Source: an uncultured delta proteobacterium
GTDB taxonomy: Bacteria > Desulfobacterota > Desulfuromonadia > Desulfuromonadales > JACZKF01
Direction of reading: 5' to 3'
NCBI GenBank assembly: GCA_963816395.1
Contig: CAWFKQ010000007.1
Location: 128,001 to 192,000, forward strand
DNA length: 64,000 bases
Below the pieces are notes generated by a model. The model had not been told where the DNA came from. It was given only the letters and a program-made list of their open reading frames with translations, and searched no databases. The position numbers were made by a program, and so were the translations under genes. Positions 55,114 through 64,000 of this stretch are shown piece after piece (the first letter of the stretch is position 1; each line of letters opens with the position of its first letter).

Positions 55114-55568
55114 GGTGACGGAAATTCTTGTCGGATCAGGGCGAAAATCTCCTCCTCTTTCGCCTCCATGCGCCGGGCTTCCGCTTCGGTTCCCCGTTCG
55201 TGATCATAGCCGAGCAGGTGCAAGATGCCATGCAGGAGGAGAAAATGCAGTTCGTCGCCAAAGGATATGCCGGCCTCGGCAGCATCGCGGGCAGCGGTAT
55301 CGGCGGAAACCACCACATCCCCCAGCATCTTCGGCTGAAGGCCAGCGCCGGCTCCTTCCTGCATGGGAAAGGAAATCACGTTGGTTGGGCGGTCGCGCTG
55401 CAGCCAGTCACGGTTGAGGGCGCGCATTTCTTCGTCATCGACAATGACCACCGACAGTTCGCCGTCAGGACATCCCGAGGCGCTTAAGATCCTCCGTGCC
55501 ACTTTTCGCAGGTTCAGCAACCGGATCTTTTGTCGTTTTTGCCGGTTCTCGATATAGATCCTCGACAT
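55110..55568 (-). CDS. ybeY: rRNA maturation endoribonuclease
   Basis: TNVISF and HGILHLLGYDHE. Confidence 0.95.
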   Translation of the reverse strand: MSRIYIENRQKRQKIRLLNLRKVARRILSASGCPDGELSVVIVDDEEMRALNRDWLQRDRPTNVISFPMQEGAGAGLQPKMLGDVVVSADTAARDAAEAGISFGDELHFLLLHGILHLLGYDHERGTEAEARRMEAKEEEIFALIRQEFPSP

Positions 55569-57843
55569 TTTTCCTCTTCGCCGGGTCCTTTTCCCGCTCC
55601 TTGAAAGCCGGCTCAGGATAATCGATCCGGTGGTGGAAAATCCCCCCAAGTATCTGGTTGAAACTTTTGGCGATATTGTGCAGGTCTTTCAGAGTCAGCT
55701 CGCATTCATCAAGCTGCCCGTCGATAAAAATATTGTTGATGATTTTCTGCACCATCCCACGGATGCGGGCCGCCGTCGGATCAACAAGGGTGCGGCTGGC
55801 GGCCTCGACTGCATCGGCGAGCATGATCAGGGCCGCCTCCCGCGTCTGCGGTTTGGGTCCGGGATAGCGGTAGTCGCGCTCGTCAACCTGCTGAACGGCG
55901 TCTTCCTTGCTCTTGGCCTTGTCATAGAAGAACTTGATCAGGAAGGTCCCGTGGTGCTGACGGATAATATCGACCAGCGGCTCGCCCAACTTGTTCTCGC
56001 GGGCGATCTCCACGCCGTCCTTGACATGCGACATGAGGATCAGGGAACTCATCGAGGGTGCCAGCTTGTCATGCTTGTTCTCCTGGTTGCCCAGGTTTTC
56101 GATGAAATAGAGCGGCTTGCGGATTTTGCCTATGTCATGGTAGTAGGCCGCCACCCGGGCCAGCAGCGGATTGGCATGGATCGCCTCGGCCGCGGCTTCC
56201 ACCAGGTTGCCGACAATGATCGAGTGGTGATAAGTACCTGGAGCCTGAATCATCAACTCCCGCAGCACCGGCGTGTTGAGGTTCGCCAACTCCAGCAGCT
56301 TGATGTCGGTAGTGTACTTGAACAGGGTCTCTATCAGGGGAATGGTGCCGGTGACAATGACGGCGCAGAAAAACCCGCCGGCCAGACCAAAACCGCATTT
56401 CCACAACAACTGCACCTCGAAGCCGCGGCCGGCCATCAGGTGAATGCCGAGGACCAGCAGGACGTTGACCATCGACAGGCGCAGGCCGGCGCGGTAAAGG
56501 GAGGTGCGCTCCTTGCACTGGCGCACCCACTGGGCGCCGACCAGGCTTCCCACCAGGGCGTAAAAAGAAATGAACAGGCTGTTGCCAAACATGATCCCCA
56601 TCAGCAGGGAGAACAGGATGACAAAGACCAGGGCCACCTCGGAATTGAGGACTATGCGTACCAGCATGGCCCCGGCGGCGAAGGGGAAGACGTAATAGTA
56701 GCTGCTGGAGTCGATATAGGGGAAGGCGCTCTCCAGGGCACTGGAGACGAAAATGGCCACCTTGATCAGCACGAACTGGCCGATCAGGGTAGTCGCCAGA
56801 AAAACCAGATCGCGGGTTCTGGGCCGGTACTTGCGGATATTGAGCTGGGCGAAGCGGTGGCCAACAAAAAGCAGCAGCAGGGCGCTCAACAGCAGGCCCA
56901 GGGCGGTCCGCAGGGTGCTGTAATCGTTCCCTATCTCGCGCAGAGCCTTGAGCTTCTTGATCTGCTCCTCGGTGACCCGCTCTCCCTCGCGGACGATCAT
57001 TTCACCCTTCTTCACCTGAAACAGAACCGGCTTCACCGCCTCCCGTGCCTGCCGCTTGCGGGCCTCCGTCTCATTTTTGTTGAAGGTGAGGTTGGGCCGG
57101 AACAGCTTCTGAATGGTGGCGTAAAGGGTATGCCTTTCCTTGCTTGAGAGCCCTTCAATATTTTTCAGGCCGGTGTTGATTCGCTCCTGGGCCAGACCGG
57201 GACCAATGACGTTCTGGAGATCCTTGCCGGGCTCTTCCTTCTGGCTGTCCAGATTGCGGATGGTGATCCCCTTCTCCCGATCCGCCTGAAAGAGCTGCAG
57301 GTTTCCTACCACTTTGGGGCTCAGAGCCTGCGCCAGGGCCCGTCGCAAGCCGGCCAACATCTCGGGCGTCGCAGAAATTTCGTTGAGAGCCGAAAATTCC
57401 GGATCGGTGAGAGCCACCCCGAGCGCGCTTTCCACTTCTTTGTGCAGGCTCTCCTGCAGGGTGGGCTTGGCGCCGTCCGCCTGCAGGCGCCCGAGCGACT
57501 GGATCAGACGATCGGCAATGTCCTGAGCCGTGCCGGAGTCGTAGTCATACAGGGGCAGGATTGCATCCTCCGCTTCCACCCGCTTCTTTTCGGTCAGCGG
57601 CAGATCGGGAATCAGCAGGTCCTTGGGCGCTTTGATATCCCGCGAGGCGATATCGCCCGGCGCATAGTAATCGGGGATGAAGCCGCCCTTGGGAACAATG
57701 ATCACAGTCAAGGCCAGGGCCAGCAGCAGCAACAGCAAAGAACGCTGCCCCTCCTCCCCCAGAGCGAAGAATTTGCCGAAAGAGGGTGCCATCCAAGTCC
57801 CCCGCCCCGAGCGGGCATCCTGTTTCTGGTCGTTCTTACTCAT
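55465..57843 (-). CDS. 7TM receptor with HD phosphohydrolase (PgpH-like cyclic di-AMP phosphodiesterase family)
   Basis: Extracellular domain, 7 TM helices, APGTYHHS, YYHDIGK, QHHGT, YRYPGPKP and MLADAVEAA. Confidence 0.88.
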   Translation of the reverse strand: MSKNDQKQDARSGRGTWMAPSFGKFFALGEEGQRSLLLLLLALALTVIIVPKGGFIPDYYAPGDIASRDIKAPKDLLIPDLPLTEKKRVEAEDAILPLYDYDSGTAQDIADRLIQSLGRLQADGAKPTLQESLHKEVESALGVALTDPEFSALNEISATPEMLAGLRRALAQALSPKVVGNLQLFQADREKGITIRNLDSQKEEPGKDLQNVIGPGLAQERINTGLKNIEGLSSKERHTLYATIQKLFRPNLTFNKNETEARKRQAREAVKPVLFQVKKGEMIVREGERVTEEQIKKLKALREIGNDYSTLRTALGLLLSALLLLFVGHRFAQLNIRKYRPRTRDLVFLATTLIGQFVLIKVAIFVSSALESAFPYIDSSSYYYVFPFAAGAMLVRIVLNSEVALVFVILFSLLMGIMFGNSLFISFYALVGSLVGAQWVRQCKERTSLYRAGLRLSMVNVLLVLGIHLMAGRGFEVQLLWKCGFGLAGGFFCAVIVTGTIPLIETLFKYTTDIKLLELANLNTPVLRELMIQAPGTYHHSIIVGNLVEAAAEAIHANPLLARVAAYYHDIGKIRKPLYFIENLGNQENKHDKLAPSMSSLILMSHVKDGVEIARENKLGEPLVDIIRQHHGTFLIKFFYDKAKSKEDAVQQVDERDYRYPGPKPQTREAALIMLADAVEAASRTLVDPTAARIRGMVQKIINNIFIDGQLDECELTLKDLHNIAKSFNQILGGIFHHRIDYPEPAFKEREKDPAKRKNVEDLYREPAKTTKDPVAEPAKSGTEDLKRLGMS

Positions 57844-57851
57844 AATTCCAG

Positions 57852-58844
57852 CTATTCCGCTTCCGTCCGGCGAGGAGGTGAATTGTTCCGACCCCGTTCG
57901 TAGGCCTTGACGATCGACTGCACGATAGGGTGCCGTACCACATCGCGGTCGGAAAAGTAATTGAAGCTGATCCCCTCCACCCCCCGCAGGATATCGATCG
58001 CCTGGACCAGCCCGGAAAGCCGCCCGGAAGGCAGATCGATCTGTGTAACGTCGCCGGTAATTACGGCCCGGCTGCCGAAACCGAGTCGGGTAAGGAACAT
58101 CTTCATCTGTTCGGCAGTAGTATTCTGTGCCTCATCCAGGATGACGAAAGCATCGTTAAGCGTTCGCCCGCGCATAAAGGCAAGCGGTGCCACTTCGACC
58201 ACCCCCTTGTCCATCAGCGCCTGACCCTTTTCAAAATCCATCATGTCGAACAAAGCATCATAGAGGGGGCGCAGGTAAGGGTTGACTTTCTCGGCCAGGT
58301 CCCCGGGCAGAAAACCGAGCTTCTCTCCTGCCTCCACCGCGGGCCGCACCAGAACGATGCGGCTGACTTCCTTGCGGGTCAGGAAAGAGACAGCCATGGC
58401 CATGGCCAGGTAAGTCTTGCCGGTGCCGGCCGGACCGACGCCGAAAACCACGTCATTGACCCGGATGGCGTCGATATATTGCTTCTGCGCCAGACTCTTG
58501 GGGGAGATGATCTTTTTCCGGGCGGAGATGAAGATGGTGTCGAGGAAGATATCCCGGAGGCGGGCGGCAGAGTCGGCGCTCAGAATGCGGATGGCGTAAT
58601 CGATATCGGTCGGATAGAGCGGATACCCCTCTCGCAGAAGGCCATACAGCTCCTCGACCAGACGACGCGTCAGTTTAACCTGTACGGAGTCTCCTTCGAT
58701 GTTCAGTTCGGCTCCCTTGGAGCCGATCCTGACCCCCAGCGCCCGCTCTATCTGCTTCAGATTTCTATTTTGTTGACCGAACAGGAGGTTCGCCAAGTGC
58801 TGGTCATCAGCCGCAAACCTCTCGCGGACAGGATTCTTATCCAA
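57852..58844 (-). CDS. phoH: PhoH-like ATPase (YbeZ)
   Basis: GPAGTGKTYLA, RPAVEAGE, MRGRTL and DEAQN. Start uncertain (ORF extends to 58889). Confidence 0.93.
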   Translation of the reverse strand: MDKNPVRERFAADDQHLANLLFGQQNRNLKQIERALGVRIGSKGAELNIEGDSVQVKLTRRLVEELYGLLREGYPLYPTDIDYAIRILSADSAARLRDIFLDTIFISARKKIISPKSLAQKQYIDAIRVNDVVFGVGPAGTGKTYLAMAMAVSFLTRKEVSRIVLVRPAVEAGEKLGFLPGDLAEKVNPYLRPLYDALFDMMDFEKGQALMDKGVVEVAPLAFMRGRTLNDAFVILDEAQNTTAEQMKMFLTRLGFGSRAVITGDVTQIDLPSGRLSGLVQAIDILRGVEGISFNYFSDRDVVRHPIVQSIVKAYERGRNNSPPRRTEAE

Positions 58845-58993
58845 AAATTTTCCCGTGTCTACGCAAGTGTCGATCGTTAAAAATATCACCGCAAGGGGGC
58901 AAAATCAAGCGATTTTCTCATGATCAGTCGATGTCGCAGCCGGGGTGGAAGGCGCAAAAGGGGATTCCAATTTGCGGATATTGTGATATATAG

Positions 58994-60340
<1,347 letters not shown>

Positions 60341-60355
60341 TCACGGAGCCGCGCG

Positions 60356-60386
60356 AAAAAGGCCTGCGGAAATCCGCAGGCCTTTT
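60356..60386. terminator. Bidirectional intrinsic terminator between convergent eno and ftsH
   Basis: AAAAAGGCCTGCGGA-AA-TCCGCAGGCCTTTT perfect hairpin. Confidence 0.9.
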
Positions 60387-60639
60387 CTCATTCCATCTCC
60401 AACCATCCGCCTTCACCGCCTCGGTTTCGGCCAGGATCTGCCAGGGCGGGATTCTTGTCTGTAGTGATAAATCGGCACCGCCGCTCGCATTGCGCCCGGC
60501 CCTACCCGCCTCAATCCCGGGCCGCAACGGCACCACCAGGTTCCGCCCGATCTCCCGATCGACCGCCTGCAGCCACCTTACTCCTCCGTAACCTGCAGCC
60601 ATCCCACCGATCACGGCCATCCATTTTTCCCAGCGCATC

Positions 60640-62580
60640 CTATTTTTCCCCTCCCCCAACCGCCGCCGGCGGCATCTGCCCCGATTCCGCAAGCGGACCT
60701 GGGGCCGCCGGTTCGGCAATTTCCGCCCCGGCCCCACGCAGGATTTCGTCCACCCGGCGCCGCTCCAGCACCTCCTCCTCCAGCAGGGCATTGGCCAGCG
60801 CCCGCAGCGGTTCATTGTTCTGCTGCAGGATTTCCTCCGCCTTTCTTTCCCCATTGCGAATGATCCGCTCGATCTCCTGGTCTATAATCCAGGCCATCTC
60901 CTCACTGTAGGTCTGGTCGGTAGCCAGCCGCCGTCCGAGAAAGGGGTGCTCTTCGCCGCGGCTGAAGGTGACCGGGCCGACCTTCTCGCTCATCCCCCAC
61001 TGGCAGACCATCTTTTCCGCCAGATCGGTGGCCTGTTTCAGGTCGTTCTGGGCCCCGGTGGAGAGCTGGCCGAACACTATCTTCTCCGAAACCCTCCCGC
61101 CCAAAGCGATGGCGATCCGCGACAGCAGGTAGTCCATCTGGTAGTGATAGCGGTCATCTTCCGGTAACTGCTGAGTCACCCCCAGCGCATGGCCGCGAGG
61201 GATGATGGTGACCTTGTGAATCGGGTCGGCGCCCGGAGTCATCTTCGCCACCAGGGTATGACCGGCCTCATGGTAGGCGGTAATCCTCTTCTCCTCCTCG
61301 GAGAGGAAGAGTTTGCGCTCGGCTCCCATCAGGATGCGGTCCTTGGCCCGCTCCAGGTGGTCCATGGTGATCTTTTCCCTGTTTTCCCTGGCAGCGATCA
61401 GGGCCGCCTCGTTGATCAGGCTTTCCAGGTCGGCGCCGCACATCCCCGGCGTGCCGCGGGCGATAACCCGCAGATCGACATCTTCGGTCAGTGGGGATTT
61501 GCGGGTGTGCACCTTGAGGATTTCCTCCCGGGCTCGCCAGTCCGGACGCTCCACCACCACCTGGCGGTCGAAACGTCCGGGACGCAGCAGGGCCGGATCG
61601 AGAACGTCGGGGCGGTTGGTGGCCGCCATGACGATCACTTCCTGGTGCGGTTCGAAACCGTCCAGTTCGGAGAGGAGCTGATTCAAGGTCTGCTCTCGCT
61701 CGTCATTGCCGCCGCCGAGGCCGGTGCCGCGGGAGCGGCCGACAGCGTCGAGTTCATCGATAAATATGATGCTGGGGGCATTCTTCTTGGCATTGCTGAA
61801 CAGGTCGCGCACCCGGCTGGCCCCGACCCCCACGAACATCTCGATGAATTGGGAAGCGGAGATGGAAAAGAAAGGAACCCCTGCCTCCCCGGCCACCGCC
61901 CGGGCCATCAGGGTCTTGCCGGTTCCAGGAGGGCCGACCAGCAGCACCCCGCGCGGCACCTTGCCGCCCAGGCGGGCGAATTTCTTCGGATGGCGCAGGA
62001 ACTCCACAATCTCCATCAACTCCTGCTTAGCCTCCTCCAGACCGGCGACATCGTCGAAAGTCACCTGGGAGTTCTCTTTGCTGTAAAGGCGGGCTCCCGA
62101 TTTGGCAAAATTTCCCATAATGCCCCCGCCGGGACCGCCACGTTTGCGCATTCCACGCAGGATTACCCACCATACGCCGATGATCAGCAACCAGGGGAGC
62201 AGGTAGATCAGGGCGGTGCTCCAAGCCGAGGGTTCCTGCTCCGGCTTGACATTGATCTCGACGCCCTTTTTTTCCAGTTCCTGCATCAGGCCCGGGTCGC
62301 TGATCGGCGGCAGGTTGGTGCGAAAATCCTCGACATGCTGCGCTGGCTTCTGCTGCTGGCCGCCCTTGCCCTCGATGGCCTGCTTGAATTTTCCCTCGAT
62401 AGTAGATTTATGAATGGTGATCTCGCGGATATTCCCCTGGTTCAGCTCCTCTTTGAAGCGGCTGTAGCTGATGTGGGTGAAAGTCTCCTGACGATCGGGT
62501 GCGGAAGCTACATAGAAGTAGTTGAAGGCAAGGACCAGCAGGAGGATGAAGATGATTTGCTTCCAGGCATTTTTCGACAT
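60640..62580 (-). CDS. ftsH: ATP-dependent zinc metalloprotease FtsH
   Basis: Two TM helices, [20 protein letters not shown] and HEAGH. Confidence 0.97.
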   Translation of the reverse strand: MSKNAWKQIIFILLLVLAFNYFYVASAPDRQETFTHISYSRFKEELNQGNIREITIHKSTIEGKFKQAIEGKGGQQQKPAQHVEDFRTNLPPISDPGLMQELEKKGVEINVKPEQEPSAWSTALIYLLPWLLIIGVWWVILRGMRKRGGPGGGIMGNFAKSGARLYSKENSQVTFDDVAGLEEAKQELMEIVEFLRHPKKFARLGGKVPRGVLLVGPPGTGKTLMARAVAGEAGVPFFSISASQFIEMFVGVGASRVRDLFSNAKKNAPSIIFIDELDAVGRSRGTGLGGGNDEREQTLNQLLSELDGFEPHQEVIVMAATNRPDVLDPALLRPGRFDRQVVVERPDWRAREEILKVHTRKSPLTEDVDLRVIARGTPGMCGADLESLINEAALIAARENREKITMDHLERAKDRILMGAERKLFLSEEEKRITAYHEAGHTLVAKMTPGADPIHKVTIIPRGHALGVTQQLPEDDRYHYQMDYLLSRIAIALGGRVSEKIVFGQLSTGAQNDLKQATDLAEKMVCQWGMSEKVGPVTFSRGEEHPFLGRRLATDQTYSEEMAWIIDQEIERIIRNGERKAEEILQQNNEPLRALANALLEEEVLERRRVDEILRGAGAEIAEPAAPGPLAESGQMPPAAVGGGEK

Positions 62581-62608
62581 GCGCTTCCTCGGAAATCGGG
62601 CTCCCTTC

Positions 62609-62636
62609 AGCTTAACAGGCGATGCCGACCGGTCAA
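62609..62636 (-). promoter_or_regulatory. Candidate ftsH promoter
   Basis: TTGACC-16 nt-TAAGCT with a TGn extended -10. Confidence 0.55.
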
Positions 62637-62654
62637 GACCGTCCACCCTCGAAG

Positions 62655-62680
62655 AAAAAACGGCGGGTTTAGCCCGCCGT
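62655..62680 (-). terminator. Intrinsic terminator after the zinc-ribbon gene
   Basis: Minus strand ACGGCGGG-CTAAA-CCCGCCG followed by T6. Confidence 0.75.
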
Positions 62681-62697
62681 CATTTTGCCGCCTGCCG

Positions 62698-63003
62698 TTA
62701 TTCTTCGGCATTTTCATTCTTGAACCATTTATCGAACCAGGTGCGGTGATCCTTCTCCGCCAGCGCCTGCAGGTCCCTGGGGCCGAGCCAGACCCCTGCG
62801 CAGACCGGACACTTGTCGAGAGGGACGCCGCGGAAGGTCAAGGGTTGCAGGATCTCGCCGCACTTGGGACAGCGATTATGGCTGACCTCGCGGATCAGCT
62901 GCTCGCGGGCGGCGGACTTCAGTTTGGCGATCTGTTCCTTCTCCTTACGGTAGATATACTCGTTCTCCAGCGCCTTTTTTCGCTCCTCCCAAATATCAGT
63001 CAT
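62698..63003 (-). CDS. Small protein: charged N-terminal helix plus zf-TFIIB-like zinc ribbon
   Basis: CPKC...LDKCPVCAGVWL; GGAG RBS; flanked by its own promoter and terminator. Confidence 0.85.
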   Translation of the reverse strand: MTDIWEERKKALENEYIYRKEKEQIAKLKSAAREQLIREVSHNRCPKCGEILQPLTFRGVPLDKCPVCAGVWLGPRDLQALAEKDHRTWFDKWFKNENAEE

Positions 63004-63038
63004 GATCTCCACTCCCCGGAAATTACTGATTTTTAAAC

Positions 63039-63067
63039 ATTATAATGGAAAAAAGGAGCTCCGGCAA
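63039..63067 (-). promoter_or_regulatory. Sigma70 promoter for the zinc-ribbon gene
   Basis: TTGCCG-17 nt-TATAAT on the minus strand. Confidence 0.75.
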
Positions 63068-63084
63068 GGTCCCCCCTGCTATCG

Positions 63085-64000
63085 CTATTTCGCTGTCAGG
63101 ACATAATGTCCGGCGGCAAAGGCAGCGCCTTTGCCGAGATTCAGCAGGGAACCCAGTCCAAGGATCCAACGCAGGTCATCCAGGGCTTCGCCTCCGAGGC
63201 GCAGATGGCCGGTAAGTCCTCCGAGTTCCTGGCGTTTATTTTCCCCTTCCAGCACGCGCCAGTCTCGCCAGGCCAGGCGGTTTTCCACTTCGATGACCTC
63301 GGCAGCGCGGCCGATCAGTACCCGGGGATTATCAACCGGCTCCAGGCCGCAGTGGGCATGCAGCATGGAGGTCACGCGGCGCAGGATGAAAGGAAAAAGG
63401 CGGTTGAAACTGGCGCGGAAAAGCGGCCGGCCCTCAGTGATCAACCGGGCTGGGGTGAGAAATTCTAGGCACAGGGGACCGGCCGGGACAGCGGCTTCCA
63501 GCCACCAGCCGGCTTCGCTGGCCGGCGGCGCCAGCCGCTCGGGATTTTCACCCGCCCGCCATATTTGCCCGAGAGTACCCGCAGCATCCTCCCCCTCGAC
63601 CGTCAGAAGCTCGAAACGCCCTTCTCCCCGGTGAATCCCCACCGGTCCGAACTCCTCCAGCACCCGGATGAAATCGGCCAGAAACTGGCGCCCCTCCCCC
63701 CAGAAGATGACCTGTAGAGGAAAGATGTCCCCCGGCTCCAGCTGCCGGGGAATTTTCGCCGGGGGAAGAATGACAAAGGGTGGACCGGGGCGCTGGAAAC
63801 GGCGGCGGGCCACCGGGTCGGCGGCGAGTGGCGGGTCGAAAAGCCGGGTAAATCTCTCTCCTCTGCCGAGGACCTGCCGCCCCGACTGGCGCAGATCGCG
63901 GCGCAGCCGCATCAGGACCTCCTCCCCGCTCGGAGCAGATTCCTGGAACTCGAGAAGGAAGCGCAGACGGGAAAATTCCGCCGATTGCAGGATGGAAGGT
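63085..64000 (-). CDS. Cas6-like RAMP-fold protein, start beyond the window edge
   Basis: Frame open to the window end (…EFSRLRFLLEF…); PPFVI, LEFLTPARL, ELGGLTG and the C-terminal G-rich loop LGSLLNLGKGAAFAAGHY. Confidence 0.7.
   Translation of the reverse strand, partial: PSILQSAEFSRLRFLLEFQESAPSGEEVLMRLRRDLRQSGRQVLGRGERFTRLFDPPLAADPVARRRFQRPGPPFVILPPAKIPRQLEPGDIFPLQVIFWGEGRQFLADFIRVLEEFGPVGIHRGEGRFELLTVEGEDAAGTLGQIWRAGENPERLAPPASEAGWWLEAAVPAGPLCLEFLTPARLITEGRPLFRASFNRLFPFILRRVTSMLHAHCGLEPVDNPRVLIGRAAEVIEVENRLAWRDWRVLEGENKRQELGGLTGHLRLGGEALDDLRWILGLGSLLNLGKGAAFAAGHYVLTAK

Overview
GC-rich bacterial chromosome segment. Gene content and order suggest Desulfuromonadales/Geobacter-like Desulfobacterota (inference). 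Nearly every gene is on the minus strand; eno is the only clear plus-strand gene. Read from the right end: an orphan Cas6-like RAMP gene (cut by the window edge), a zinc-ribbon protein, ftsH, eno, phoH-7TM/HD phosphodiesterase-ybeY-dgkA-corC-lnt-Smr-prfB-lysS-lolC/E-lolD-bamA-skp, the lipid A genes (lpxD-fabZ-lpxA-gnnA-gnnB-lpxB-msbA-DUF374/LpxJ-like-waaA-lpxK-Trm112-like), an LPS core block (deacetylase, GT9, six GT4, two sulfotransferase-like proteins, WaaL), sugar-nucleotide genes (epimerase, gmhA, a DHS-fold unknown, hldE, gmhB, dehydrogenase, rmlBDAC), and an ABC-transporter-dependent O-polysaccharide locus (wzm, wzt, methyltransferase-coiled-coil-GT2-GT2, HAD/PRTase protein, GT-C/flippase/GT2 trio). 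About 18 genes, several essential, carry frameshifts that most likely are sequencing indels; only the prfB frameshift is clearly programmed. Most notable: many 6-, 7- and 9-nt-period, often palindromic repeat elements at gene junctions (one telomere-like G-quadruplex tract), an IF1-like helix fused to a zinc ribbon next to ftsH, the orphan degenerate Cas6, and a deoxyhypusine-synthase-like gene inside the ADP-heptose operon. No rRNA, tRNA, CRISPR array or transposase was recognised. All family assignments come from motif recognition by eye, without database searches.
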